Source of the DNA: Dicyema japonicum
Lineage: Eukaryota; Animalia; Dicyemida
Length of the DNA stretch: 64,000 bases
Assembly: GCA_011109175.1 (NCBI GenBank)
Contig: RDEW01000025.1
Location: 403,990 to 467,989, forward strand
Direction of reading: 5' to 3'
The position numbers were made by a program, and so were the translations under genes. This document shows positions 1-12,804 of this stretch, in pieces; position 1 is the first letter of the stretch, and the number at the start of each line of letters is the position of its first letter. Below the pieces are notes generated by a model. It saw only the letters and a program-made list of their open reading frames with translations. It was not told the DNA's origin and ran no database searches.

Positions 1-650
1 AAGGAAAATAAACATAAAGATTAAAGCCAACATTAGCAAATTATACGCATTTTCAATATATAAGCGCATAAAAGGAATCTCATACACAAATCGGCAATTA
101 ACAATAATTTTCTTGGGTTTTATGTTCTTAAAGTGTACACAACAGGTTTGTACTTAACAAGACCGACATCCTTAGTGTGACTTAGAATTGGTTATAAAGG
201 ATTATGAGAGAAGCGTAGGCCATTATAGAACTATCGAGTATATTTGACTCATTAGCTGGTGATAGTAACTCGATATTCTGGTTTTCTAATGCGGATTTTC
301 TTCCTTCATTGCTTCTATCAACATCATCATAGTCTACATTAAGCTAAGTAATACTTATTGTGGACTTGGTGATAGATAATGTCGTCCTCGTTCTCATGAT
401 CATGCTAATAGACTCAGGAGACATTATTTGTCTATTAAATAATATGAAGGAACACGAGAAGTCTTTTACATCAGATCTCGTTCTCATGATCATGCTAATA
501 GACTCAGGAGACATTATTTGTCTATTAAATAATATGAAGGAACACGAGAAGTCTTTTACATCAGATAAGAGTATTAGATATATGGGAACATCTCCCTTAT
601 ACTTTTCCTTGTTATCCACAGGTTCATTTCATTTGAGGGACCGGTAACAT
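1..650 (-). mobile_element. Degenerate CR1/L2-like LINE fragment (endonuclease/RT region)
   Basis: Bases 1-150 match copies at about 5950-6090, 9880-9990 and 13930-14080. The minus frame of this family reads KLLIIADLCMKFLLCGLY, a decayed APE GDFN-type segment. The family assignment is weak. Confidence 0.4.
387..566. repeat. Perfect 90-bp direct tandem duplication
   Basis: The unit ctcgttctcatg...tacatcagat occupies 387-476 and repeats exactly at 477-566. Confidence 0.95.
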
Positions 651-854
651 CGGGCAAAGATGAGGTCACTGTTGAAATTCGTGTCTCTAACCAAATAAAA
701 ATTTCAAATATCACCGTGAAAGCAAGCTGGCCCAACACTTGTTTTATACGCTATATCAGTGACCCCAAATATTTGCCTCAAGCACAAAAAGGTATGTATA
801 AGGCGTACACGAATAATATTAAATAATATTCGTACTTTTTTACGAATTATATCA

Positions 855-1140
855 GTTATACCTTTCCGCATGCAGAACACACACTTTATTTTTTAAGCAA
901 AGAACAGTTATAATAACTAATCGAGTGGGGATAAAAGAATGCTCTTCACTTTTTTGTTTTGTTTTTCTGTGTGTATGTCCTTTATAGACAATCCGGTTCC
1001 GCAGTAAAGTTCACTGATGAGGGCGTCAATTAAAGCCAAAGCATAATGATGTGTGGAACTTTCAACCAAAATGTGCAGCATCGGGATTCGAACTAGCGAC
1101 CTTCAGGCCTCTTGCCCGGCAACTGTCACAGTGCGTTACA
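855..1140 (-). mobile_element. tRNA-derived SINE, variant head
   Basis: The minus strand has a B-box (agttcgaatccc) followed by the same body as the copy at 12805-13125. Confidence 0.8.
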
Positions 1141-1249
1141 CGAATATAAACTTCAAAACTCTTTGCCAGTGAAGAATTCTCTAATTTGTGACTTTATATT
1201 GGTAGAACACGGACTTCACCTGTAAATTTTTCTATTTTATTTATATAAA

Positions 1250-1500
1250 CTTTGGAAACAGCGAGAAAGGAGGTAATCGTCCAAACTAACTAGATGATCC
1301 CGGTTCCCATTATCACTCTCGCCATGTTTTATACTTTGCTCACAAGAGACCCTACCGCTCCCCGAAGTGTCTACCTTCTGTCTACACAAGAAATCGACTG
1401 TGTACGGATATCTGAAGAACGGTCGTCCTTTGTCAGATCGTGCAATAGATGAACAGAGTGGATTCACTTGGTCTTGCACATCTGAGACATCCGTGAACAA
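1250..1500 (-). mobile_element. LINE 3' end fragment (CR1-like)
   Basis: On the minus strand it ends in ccgggatcatctagttagttt, the terminal motif shared with other LINE ends in the window. Confidence 0.45.
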
Positions 1501-1819
1501 TTTTTCATATTGACGAATCCGACACTGGGGTGACTAGAGTAGGACCTGATCCACTACGTAAAAGGAGTAGAGTTTTTTACGATAATGCAGAGGTTTAGAG
1601 GTAATCATAATAAATAATTCACTGCACACATTAAATTTTTTTAAGATACGTAAAAGTGAAGACAAAAGTAGGACGAATGGTTGACAACGCCACTCGCATT
1701 TCTACATCAATATTTTTCAAATTGTGTTGTACTTCATATTATGCAGCGTAGAAGAGCCTCTTTCGCAAAATTATGTCGTTGAGATTTGTAATACATGTTT
1801 CGAACATATATCCAGAATT

Positions 1820-2075
1820 CTCCAATATCCAACTCCATCATTAATTTTAAGGATCGATCAGTTCAAAAAAATATTCATTTTCTTTAACGAGTAGTGTTCT
1901 GCTGTGACACAAGAAAAGGATTATCAAGTTTTCGCCAATTGTATGAGGTTTCAGTTCTTTTGCTATTAATTCAAGAATCAGATATGAACATTTCGATGAT
2001 TCCGATACTTGTGTTGTACTGTCTAATGAGTACATTTTGTTCAAAGACATCGTTGAGAGTCCATAAAGCACAAGC
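1820..2075 (-). mobile_element. hAT Buster/Charlie-type transposase fragment
   Basis: The minus ORF has ELIAKELKPHTIGENLI, matching the IAKxxKPHTIGExLI motif. It is an inverted homolog of 35870-36010. Confidence 0.7.
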
Positions 2076-2799
2076 TTATTTTACAGCTTGAAAAGTGGTA
2101 TGACTGTATAGATTGCAAGGCAATCTTCTAAAAGAAAAATGTTATTCGAAACAATTGCCCTAAAACATTCAACATCAGAAGTCTTTTCGTCGGGATCTGG
2201 TCGACACGCCTTGAGATGTCACATCATGGACAGTTATAAGTAGGTCTGTATTGAGCAGTGTGATACAATTACAATATTCCCGACAATTGATGATACTGCT
2301 AGAGAATATGATGTCAAAAAAATAACTTTGTATTATTCATAATGGACGCCACCCCATAGTGAAAACATTAACAGGAATAAATAAATGCCAAACATTTGAC
2401 ATTTTTCACCCACCTGCTGCATAACTGTTTTGAAAATTCGTTCACAAAATTCTGATGTGGATTATTTAACATCATCTATAAAGACGTTGAAAAATAAATC
2501 TCGTCTTATTTGAAGAGATTTGATTGCACCCTGATGTATTGACAAAATGGGGAAGCTGGCTGGATGCAGCGTATTATTACACCAAGAATATAGAACATTA
2601 TATCTGTGAACTTTTTTAGATGATGGAAAAATTGTGGAAAACGCTAAAACTTCAATAAAATCAGATACCTTAACGAAAAGTTTGGCAGATTTTATTTTTG
2701 TCTACCATCCGATTATTATTGAAATAAGAAAATGCCAAGATACTTTTTTACCATTAAAAAGTGAAACTTGAGGCCATCAGCACGTAAAATGCCTAGTGT

Positions 2800-2956
2800 T
2801 TCGCTCGTGCAGAACACACATTTTATTTAAGTAAAGAACAGTAATTATAACTAATGGTAGAGGGAGAACCAAGGAATGCTCTTCACTTCTTTGTTTTCTT
2901 TTTCTTTGGTGTATGTCCTTTTAGACTATTCAGTTCCGCAGTGAATCTCCACTGAT
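2800..2956 (-). mobile_element. Partial SINE copy
   Basis: It matches the SINE body (agaacacaca...aaagaacagt...ttccgcagtg...cactgat). Confidence 0.8.
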
Positions 2957-3019
2957 TTTTTACCATTATTCAATAAACTTTGAACAGGATTCGTGTGATA
3001 TCAAATTTATCTTGAAAAA

Positions 3020-3330
3020 AAGCCAAACTCGAAAAATACGGCGTCCTTCCCGATAATGTCCAAATGTTCCGCTTGCTAAGGAGACTTCCGGATCCTACTC
3101 CCCCTCTACACTACAGTTTTTCGGACGTCTTGGAAACCGGATCACCTTATTGTTCCGCTTGCTAAGGAGACTTCCGGATCCTACTCCCCCTCTACACTAC
3201 AGTTTTTCGGACGTCTTGGAAACCAGATCACCTTATGCACTGGAGATATCCGCGAACGCCGCTGGCTGTTTGAGCGAATATTGCTCGCAGTTCTGACAGG
3301 AAACAGACACGCAGTGAGGGCGGCAACTGA
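3020..3330 (+). mobile_element. CRE-clade non-LTR retrotransposon 3' end, containing an 86-bp tandem duplication (3065-3236)
   Basis: The frame VPLAKETSGSYSPSTLQFFGRLGNRITLCTGDIRERRWLFERILLAVLTGN aligns with the C-terminus of the element at 30165-30566. Confidence 0.8.
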
Positions 3331-4159
3331 CTGATGTTTTGCCCTTTTTTATTTGATACAATTAAATTGCCATAAAAATATCAAAAACGCGAATTTAAAA
3401 GTTTTGTCCAGAATTTTTTGCTAACTTATAGAAGTGTCCTGGAACAAATATTATTTTAAATAAACCAATTTTATTTAAAGCAAAAACAAACAGTTAATTG
3501 AGAACGTATTTCCCCTTTACTATTTTGGTGGAAAGAAGTTTTTCCACGTTAAATAAAATGCTCGAAAAATATAGAAAATTTAATGGTAAAAATGTTAAAA
3601 CTTATGCTTTATTTCAATAAATTTGACAAAATTAAGCTAAAAAACATTAACTGCACGGAATTAATAAAGTCATATTAATTTATAAGGTCTTAAAAGTTAT
3701 ATTTTGAAGTCATATTTCAATCATTTTAGGTCATATGTGTGGTTGCCCTACTTATGACAGTAATCGTGTACGAGTTAGCTTGTAATTGGAGTCCACATAT
3801 GAGGATAGGGGAACGAATTATTTGACTGCTTTGAATAAGGATTTTCTGTTCTACACAAAGCTGTCTTTGTAAGTGGTAAACAGCTGACATATGACTTTGT
3901 TACGATGTATTGAGTCTCCGCTTCAAGAGCCACAGTTTCACTTGTCAAGCATTAGTTGAGCGGACTGAGTCGTTGATTTAATGCTTTTATCCTTGGAATA
4001 ATTAGAAAACTGGAACGATTGAGAAAGAAAGGAGGTCGTCAATGAAATCGGAATCCGATTGTCGACAAATCAAAGTCCCCGCGAACCGAGCCTTGAAATA
4101 GCAATAAAACCGTTCATAAGAAACTTCTTAATAAAATGATAAGAACAAAACATTAGTTT

Positions 4160-5080
4160 GTTGCCGCTTTCTCTGCGTGGCTGTTTTCTCTCAGAATTGC
4201 GAGCTAAATTCGCTCAAACAGCCAGCGGCGTTCTCGGAGATCTCCAGTGCATGAGGTGATCCGGTTTCCAAGACGTCCGAATGACTCTAGTATACAAGGG
4301 GAGTAGGATCCGGAAGTCTCCATAGAAAGAAAACAAATAGGACATTATCGGAAAGATCGCCGTATTTTTCGAGTTTGGCCTTCTCTGCCTTGACGATTTC
4401 AGAGCAGGCTTTTGAAGCGCACTCGTGAAGATTGTTCGGGGCGAGCGTATCTGTACATGTTACGTCTTAAACAAGTGGTTTCCCGGCCTCAAAGGGGAAC
4501 ATGGTCAAGTCAAGGAAATCCCGTCCGGTCGTTTCCCGTCACTTCTGTATAACCCGACCGGTTCAAGAATGGTCGAATATCCAGCAGCATCCATAGCCCG
4601 CTTGACAATTTCATTCAGAGCCTTGTGCCTTGGAGATCTGCCAGCGCTTCTTTTGCAGGTGAGAGGATGCAGGCCATAGCAGTCTATCCGGACACCACAT
4701 AGGCACGGGTAAGGTACACATACTTTCAGTCCCAGTCACAGAGTGATAGTACTTCTAACGCATTCATTATTCAGAAAAGTTCTCAGAGCTCCATTTGGGA
4801 TGGCGTTTAGCCAAGCTCCGCTCTCAGGGGAAGCCCCCGAAAGCAAACAAGCACGTCGGTGCTGATTGACTGATTCCAGTAGGAGTCCAAATGATTTCCA
4901 ACATAATAAATTGTCCAGGTTTCGCTGGCAGTCTTGTGAAAGAGGCAGGTGGAGGTTGGTGGCATTCCAGGCTTCTCGTGCGTAGATTATGTATTGGTCA
5001 ATTGAGAATTCGAGTAGGGAGTGTAGAATCCAGAATGCAGTATCTTCTTAAACTGTTAAACGCGTTCTTCTTCGATAATT
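4160..5080 (-). mobile_element. CRE-clade retrotransposon fragments (RT and restriction-like endonuclease)
   Basis: Minus frames give DGKRPDG (about 4520-4540) and NAFNSLRR (about 5045-5070). The 3' end is an inverted homolog of 3020-3330. Bases 4810-4980 resemble a CR1 3' UTR insert. Confidence 0.75.
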
Positions 5081-5149
5081 TTATTATACTTATGTGATGA
5101 CTGATGAGATTTTGCTTCAGATATCCAGAAACGGTTGTAATTGATCTTT

Positions 5150-6300
5150 AAAATATCTTTACTACTGATCCTCAAGTTAGAATAATCAAGATTCTAAGAA
5201 CTGTGTTCACTTAGTCTGTATTTAACAGCTTATGGAATCTCATGAATGTCAGGAATTATAAAAGAGATAAATTATCAAAAAAGTATTATCTCAATATAAT
5301 TTGAGATCACAAACATTTTCGTCAATTGTATTCCATTTAAAGCTACTTTTTATAAATATCCACTTAGGGGACATGGAATCAGTCCTACATCACCTGCTGG
5401 TCGTTTCTCTGAATTATCTAAATTCAACGTTCTACATAACCAGATCACAGACCATTCGTGCTAGTGGTTAACTAGAGGGACGACCTATAAGTCTCAACTT
5501 GTTGGGAGTTTATGCTGTATTTAAAAGGATCATTATTTCTTCACTAATATACTAAATTGATCCCACAACTGCTGGGAAATGACTTCTACTTTTTATGAGT
5601 GATCTGGATTTGACTTGACATCAGTTTTTGTTAGAGTGATAATAACATTGCCATTCGATTTTCCACTACCTCCGGTCATCTGAATTTTAAATTGACTTAT
5701 GGTGGTGAGAAAACATAGGTAAATTATATCTAAAGAGGTTATGCAGTTGGGAAGACCGAAGATTAAAGCATTAAATGAGTTTTTTAGAAAGTAATTATTT
5801 TATTTCTGCTGAATTTATTATTGACTCATTAGATTCTGACGGTAGGGCACAACGAGTGATCCTATCATGTAGGAATTAAGGTTCAGTCTTACAATAGTTT
5901 CATTGACATCTTCATGATCAAATAATAAGCTAAATAATACTAGTAGAATAATCTGTGTGGAAATAAACATAAACATTAAAGCCAGCATTAGCAAATCATA
6001 CGCATATTTAATATATAAATATAAAAGGAATTTCATACACAAATCGGCAATTATTAATAATGTTTTATTCTTTTTAGTTTCTTAAAGTTACATGACAATT
6101 TTGTCAAGGATTAATTGGTCGGACCGCTATTGCTATCAATATCCACGTAATTTCGTTATAGATAATGTCTTCCTTCACATGATCATAGAAGAGGTAATGG
6201 AATCAGGAGATATTATTAGTCAATTAAATAATCTCAAGGAACACATAAATTTTTCACATCAGATAAGCTTATTGGTTACTTAAAAATATCTCCCATATAC
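5150..6300 (-). mobile_element. Degenerate CR1/L2-like LINE fragment
   Basis: It is homologous to 9250-9990, 11900-12420, 13140-14100 and 63200-64000 (+). It has decayed APE and RT domain 0/1-like peptides (DNSEKRPAGDVGLIP). Confidence 0.5.
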
Positions 6301-6369
6301 TTTTTATTTTTAACCAACAAGTTAATTTTATTTGCGCGAGGTGTAAGTAAATAATAAACATGTTCAATG

Positions 6370-6830
6370 ATTTAATTTAATAAAGGATTGGTGGATCTGA
6401 ATTTATGCAAATCCAAAACTTTCTCTCTTTTAAACAGTAAATCACATTTCTCCTGAGTTGGTATTTTAGGGCGGTAGTCTCAATTGAGATGTGGGATTTT
6501 TCGTTTTTGGGCGATGAATTCTAAATTTGGGTTGTGGGATTTATAATTAATAATATTTTTAAATTTTTATAAAAAGAACGAAAGTAAAATGGAAAGTAAA
6601 AATAGATAAAAATTATTTAATTTAATAAAAATAGGTGGTATCAGAAATTCTATCACACATTTTCTCTCTCTAAAACATAGTATATCACATTCTCGTTACT
6701 TGATAGTTGAGGCTAGTAGTTATCAACCTGGGCGGTGGTATTATAATTTATTGATTTTTACAGAAAAATATTAATGGAAAGTAAAAATTGATAAAAATTA
6801 TCATTTAATTAAATAAAAATTAATTAACCT
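6370..6830. repeat. Diverged tandem pair of about 250-bp AT-rich units with hAT-TIR-like cores
   Basis: Both units carry ggtgg...ttctctct...aaca(g/t)...atcacatt and atggaaagtaaaaat(a/t)gataaaaattat. The second contains tagtagttatcaacctgggcgg, which resembles a Charlie-type terminus. Confidence 0.5.
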
Positions 6831-7009
6831 AATTTTTTAGAAAAGTAATATAAATTAAGAAGCTTGAAATAAATTTCTTTATGGTGAGTTCAGTTTAAAA
6901 TTATTAAGCTGATTCTTAAGAATTTTTAATATTTTGACAAACCTATTTCTCAACCTTTTTTTCATATCGTCTATGAAAATAATTTATCACTGTCAGCCTA
7001 GTTCTACAA

Positions 7010-7430
7010 TTATAAGTCTCCACTATAGTCTGCAAAAATTGAAGACACAATTGGATTTTTTCACACTATAGTAATATTATAATAAACTAATTTAATTCTC
7101 AGAATTTTAAAAAAAAGTTGTTATGATAGGTCTCCACTATACTCTGCAAATATTGAGATAATTGGAGTTGTCTATCATAATCACTATTTCAATGTTCTGG
7201 AAAACCATCGCATCATTCTAGGTTCGCTCTTCATTAACCTGATAGATGTAGACGTGTTTGGGCCAATAACGCAACACGTCTCAGTGGAGATCGGCTGTAA
7301 AATGAACCAGTACACGATTCCTGTGGTACTTTCTCTTTTCAAATCTTCAAACAGATTCCCATTAGAAAAAGTGTCCGTGCATGTTGAATCCTAAGCAGAC
7401 ACCTCCCTTGGCTCCATGGCATGTTTTTTA
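7010..7430 (-). mobile_element. CRE-clade 3' end with an extra tandem terminal copy (7010-7075)
   Basis: It is homologous to 10780-11110, whose minus frames give STCTDTF and PISVETSGVIG. Confidence 0.65.
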
Positions 7431-7439
7431 CGCCATTGT

Positions 7440-8470
7440 TATTATTATTAACTTCAGGCTTACCATTGTAAGCCCAGCACAAACAGTCATAACTAACTAA
7501 TCCAAGGACAAAAACCAAAGGGAGGACATCTGCTTGTGGTGACAAAATCAATCTTCCAGTACTTCATTACAGACTTCCGCTTCCGAAGAGAGGTGGGGAA
7601 GTAGGTCCGCCCTTTCATTTTTGTCCTACGTCTTACCGTCGCGGACATCACTTCATTCGTTAGTGGAATAGTTTTCATAATGCAATCTTCATTAAAGGAT
7701 CTGGTCAGAAAGAAAAATAGGGAGATCCCTTTTAACAACTGTCGTGCCAGAAAAACTCGTCACCTCACGAATTGGATCTGTTGACAAGAATTGACCTTCG
7801 CTGAAAATCCGGCCTCTCGGTATCATCTTTGTAAAGACTGACGGGTGCTAGAAGGCAAGTAAACCAGGTGTCTCCCATAACTCTCATGAGTGTCGAGTTT
7901 AACATGGTGTGACGATTGAATCTCCCCGAGCTCCGTCTACATGACAGCAGTGTAGTCCTTTCCTGTGAACCATCCAAAGATATCGGTATCGATGTTCAGC
8001 ACCCTGAGTTCTCAGCAACCGCGTCAAGTACAGAGTCTAGACTCGGTCCGTGGCATGCAATATGATTGGGTAGTTAAAGAAATGCAATTCCGTAGGACGA
8101 CACGTAAAAACAATTCCCCACATGTTTTCATGAGCATTCTTTTGGACCAGCCTCCTGATTTTTAAAATTTCTTCAATCGTCTGTCTGATAAGATTTTCCA
8201 GAGATTTTAGATAATCAGACTCATGGAAAAACGGGAGAAAATGTTACTTTTTTAACAAGAAAGCGTATGTGCTTCATGAATTTTAAGCTTTCTGTCAGAG
8301 TTGATAAACTTTCTAAGAATAGAGGGAATTCAAGAAGAACCGTACCAAAAAACTCGACTATCCTCGCATCAGTGAAAAAGACCTCAAAGCGGGTTTGTAA
8401 AATGGAAAACTTGCCATGCGAAAAGCTAACATTTATGATCTCTGCCATCAGCATATTCACTTGAAATATT
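7440..8470 (-). mobile_element. CR1-like LINE RT and 3' region
   Basis: EYADG at about 8445 corresponds to CADD in the 11540 copy, the RT YADD motif. The 3' peptide NEVMSATV matches the CR1-type LPxEVVSAxTV motif. Confidence 0.6.
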
Positions 8471-9249
8471 AATGCTAATTTTATTTAGCAAAGATGAGGT
8501 CATTGGAATTATGAGGTAAAGAAAAAAAATTTTCGCGAAAGGGTCAATGAACCACTGATTAGTCTGTTGACCAAATGTGTAATAGATTTGATTAGGTTTC
8601 GTCCTGCCTTCCCAGTTATTCCAGAGATGATATGTATTACATGCCAGACAGTAAAAATATCAATCCCGCCTATGCTAGAGCTGTGACAGGAAAACTATGG
8701 GTAACTGATTCCTCTGAAATACAGAAAAGGAAAAATAGGTACCAAAGCAATATGGTCTATTGCCTTAGAGGGTGTTTCAGCGATCAAGCCCATGGTTGAG
8801 ATCGAGTAGGGTACAATAGTTTCATTTGATTTAACAACCCTGAGGGCGAGCGGATATCCCCTTCGATGAGCGTTCGTTCTATTCTAATTTGTAGATTATT
8901 GCTTATGGAGGAGTAAACGTTATTCTCCCGTCCTCGTAATGGGATACTGCGATCCGTCAAAAAGGTATCATATCGGCAGCCATAATGATTATGCATTACT
9001 CTTGTCTGGGAACTAGTAGAGGAGGGTGACAAGCACCGAGAACAAAAGTAGTGAAAAGAAGAGTCTTGTCTAGTCTTCAGGATGAAAGGGTTTCCGCCTC
9101 GATAATCCTCACGGCTTAGCGGATGTGGGCGTGGATTTTCATCTTCGATCTCAGAGTAGGGAGGCATCACCTTGTAGAGAAGACATTTATGACAGGACAA
9201 AGAATATATAAATGGCTAGTTCTGGCATTTCAGCGTTATCTAGGATAGT

Positions 9250-9990
9250 TTAAAGCAGCTTAGATAGATAATCTACAACACTGATAGCAGAAAACCCCCA
9301 ATTTCCAGGGTTTTGAAAGAAGAGCATTTTTCAAAGTTGGCAGATTCGCGTGTCTTTGTGATTGCTGTAATAATATCATTGCATAGTAATGCAAGGCATA
9401 ATCTTTTATGGATTCCATGTTGTCTAATCTTAAAATTCGATTTGAGATTGATTCTAAGTGTTTAAACTCTTTAACGAAGTCCACTGTAAAGGTTCCCACA
9501 AATACTAGGGAAGAACACTTACCTTTATGAAGCTTCTGGATGGTCTTGTTTGTTTTGTGACAGTGGAAATACATTGCCATTAGACTTTCCTACGACCACA
9601 ATTGCATCTGAACTTTAACTTGACCTTTCGCGGTGAGAAAAATATGTAAATTATCATCTAAGATAAGTGTTTAGTAGAATACAACAGAAGAGTAGAACAT
9701 TAATGAGTTTGATAGTAAGTGATTATTCCATCTTTGCTAAATATAATTTTGACTCGTCAGTTAATGATGGATCTTTTACACGTTCGAACCCCAATACGGC
9801 GTTTTTATAATTTGTTCTTTCATGAGTTTCATCGACAACAACATAGTGTAACATTAAGCTACATTTACTAGGAGAATATTCTGTAATGAATAAGAACATA
9901 AAGATTAAAGTTATCATTAGCAAATCATGCGCACATTCAATATATATGCCGCATAAATGGAATTTCATAAACAAATCGGTAATTTATTTA
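9250..9990 (-). mobile_element. Degenerate CR1/L2-like LINE fragment
   Basis: It shows nucleotide homology to 5600-6050 and 13670-14050. Confidence 0.5.
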
Positions 9991-10009
9991 ATGAAAAAAA
10001 GAAAGTAAA

Positions 10010-10570
10010 CGGTTATATACTGCTACTGACTTCGTGGCTCTCAGGATAGCGAGTGAGATTTTCCAATAACCAGCAGTGTCACGAGGGTCTCCTGTTTGTG
10101 TAGCGATCCGATTCTCTAGACGACTCAAAATTCCAGCTTTGCAGGTGCAAGGGAACCAGACGTCTAACGACGAGTGGAACAAACAAAAAAATCCTTGTGT
10201 AGGACCGCATATTTTCCCGTTTCATTTTCTCGGCTTTCTAAGCGGCAGAACAGGCTCCAGAGGCACTCTGTAGTAGGTTGTAAGAGGCAAATGTATCGGT
10301 GCAGGTAATTTCCCAGACAAGTGGTTTCCGGGCTTCAAAAGGGAAGATTGTCATTCCATCTGGTCGTTTCCCTGCAAAGATCGACAGGTTTGAGCATGGA
10401 GGAGTGTCCGGCGGAGTCAAAGCTCGCCTAACGACTTCGTTCGAGGCCATGTGTCAGTTTTCTGAGAGACCTGGACTACCTAAGAGAACTAGCAGGCAAC
10501 AGAAGATCATGGTGAAACTTACGAAGAGGATGATTCTGAATACGGCACAAGGGAGACTTAATCAACTTAA
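10010..10570 (-). mobile_element. CRE-clade retrotransposon C-terminal fragment
   Basis: The ORF gives GKRPDGMTIFPFEARKPLVWEITCTDTFASYNL and TGDPRDT, the PD-(D/E)xK-type endonuclease region. Confidence 0.85.
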
Positions 10571-10779
10571 TTTTTTATCGGAAGTGTTTTTAATAATAAT
10601 AATTTTATTGTGGCGAACCCAAAATCAAATAAAATATTAATATCTATTACACCTCGGCATAGTTACTTTTTGTGTTGCTCTTTATATATTTTTATATACT
10701 GTAAAAAATTCGCTATTTTCAAATTAAACGGGCGAGCATATTTAGCAACTTTTATTTCTAAGATTTGACAATTTAAAGA

Positions 10780-12420
10780 ATAGTTTGTTATGACAGGTCT
10801 CCACTATGGTCTGCAAATATTGAGGACTAATTGGAGTTGTCTATCATAATCAAGAGCCCAATGTTCTGGAAAAGCGATCGCGTCATTCTAGTAGGTTTTT
10901 CTTCATTATCTGTCCGATTTACCTGATACATGTAGACGTGTTCGAGCCAATAACGCCAGACGTCTCAACGGAGATCGGCTGTAAAATTAACCTGTTTAAG
11001 ATTCCGTGGTACTTCCCTCCTTTTCAAATCTTCATCAGATTCGCAATTAGAGAAAGTGTCAGTGCATGTTGAATTTCAAGCAAGTCACCTTTCTTGGTTT
11101 CCATGTCCTAGACGGAAAGCAACGGGAATACATCCCGTCTACCACAGTGCTAACTGCTAGTGCCTAGGAGTATTGACCCATCACCCTGAATTCTCAGCAA
11201 GCGCGTCAAGTACAAGATCTAAACTTAATCCGTGGCAGGAAATAGGGTTGGGTAGGTGAAGGAATTGCAGTTGCGATAGACGACATGTCAAAACAATTCC
11301 CACACACTTTATCGTGAGCATTTCCTTTGGACCAGAAGATCATTTTATAGCGGAAAATGTTACATTTCATTAACAAGAAAGCGTATGTGCTTCAAGAATT
11401 TTTGAGCTTTTCGGTCATAAACCGGACGAGTTGACTTTACTACTCATAAAACTTTCCAAAATAGAGGGAAATTCAAGAAGACCTCGCATCACCTCAATGC
11501 GAGTTTGTACAATGGAAAACTATCCCTGCGAAAAGCTAACATTATAATATCTGTCATCAGCACATTCACTTGAAGGTAGAGGTCTAACAGAACAGGAATA
11601 GCGATTTCCTTCAGAATCACGTGGTCAATAATAAAAGAGAAAAGGACAGTTCAAAGGGGAATGAATGACGGTTTCATATCTATGAGGGACATGAACGTCC
11701 TTCTGGGTTGGTAACATCTCCTCTCTCAACAGTTAATAACAAGTTTGGGTGAAATATTTATGCTAAACTCTGAAGAAATTTCCAACGCCCATTAAGCGAA
11801 TACCGCCTTCCGGGTTGTTGAATGCTTTTAAAATGCACCTTAAAATTCGTTCTCTAATAATAAGCTTCGGCTTTGTGTTTGTTCTCAGTCTCGGGAATAA
11901 AGTTCACAGAGTTTACTAAATAAGTAGCACTAACTCTGAAGTTGATAATGTAAGATACTACTGATTTTCGAGTTATAATAAATAGTGATTCTCAGCAGAT
12001 GGGGTCACTTAGTCGTTTTTAATGGTCAAGTAATTTCCTGAATGTAGGAATTTATTTTTCTTAGAATCAAAATATCAGAAAAAGTATTATCCTTCAAAAA
12101 AGTAGACGATAAAAATATTTTCGTCAAATGGAATCATCAATATTGCAAGCTAACTTTAATAGATGTCCATTTCGGACCACAGCATCAGTCCTAGATCACT
12201 CGCTCGTTTTTCTCTGAATTATCTAAATTCAAAAATCAACACAGCCAAAATTACAGACAAGTCGGATTAGTTGGTAGTTAGTTTAAATGACAAGTACCCA
12301 AGTGGTTAATATGTCTGACCTCTATTGCTCTAAATGTCCGCTTAATTTCGTGAGGATAGTGTATTCTTCCTTTTCGTGATCATGAACGAGGTAATAGAGA
12401 AATAGACGTATAATTTTTGT
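10780..12420 (-). mobile_element. Nested CRE 3' end (10780-11110) and CR1-like RT fragments (11110-12420)
   Basis: It is homologous to 7120-7430, 7965-8460 and 5150-5500. Motifs seen are PISVETSGVIG, CADD and LKAFN. Confidence 0.6.
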
Positions 12421-12804
12421 TAGTCTGTCAGGCTGGATTTAGATTTCCTTTTTGTTAGGATCCTGATTGACTTGATCCGCTACAATACTTTCTGAATTGG
12501 GGGATTCTCAAAAGAGCTTTTGATAGTCTTCTTAATCAATTCTCATTTTCGGCATCGATGTTCCTGTTGATCTATCTGTTCAGTTCTCGTATTTTTCTGA
12601 TGTTCTTTCTGTTGGCGATTTAATCCTCTTTAGCTTGAAGTTTAGAATCGGCCGGTAAATCAAGTGTGTTTAATTTTGATGATAAAACCATTTATTATTA
12701 ACTTTTTATGCTAATTTCATTATTCCATTGTGATACCTCATCGAGTTCTTTCTTCATGGAACACGAAAGTGTGGGTAAAATGATATTTTGAATATCAAAA
12801 TTAA

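Larger units (their letters stand above)
1560..3759 (+). mobile_element. Decayed hAT-like DNA transposon (CGGBP1-related type), interrupted by nested insertions
   Basis: Plus frames give LTKWGSWLDAAYYYTKN (about 2545-2595) and VERSFS (about 3530). Subterminal repeats end in ...gttgcccta, whose reverse complement begins TAGGGC like the end at 19094. The left boundary is approximate. Confidence 0.7.

Noticed and set aside
3065-3236. CRISPR-like or regulatory repeat array
   Set aside because: There are only two adjacent units with no spacers, inside a CRE coding remnant. No cas genes are present and the context is eukaryotic.
6405-6412. Octamer ATGCAAAT as an snRNA promoter element
   Set aside because: It is present in only one of the two tandem units, and no recognisable snRNA or Sm site follows.
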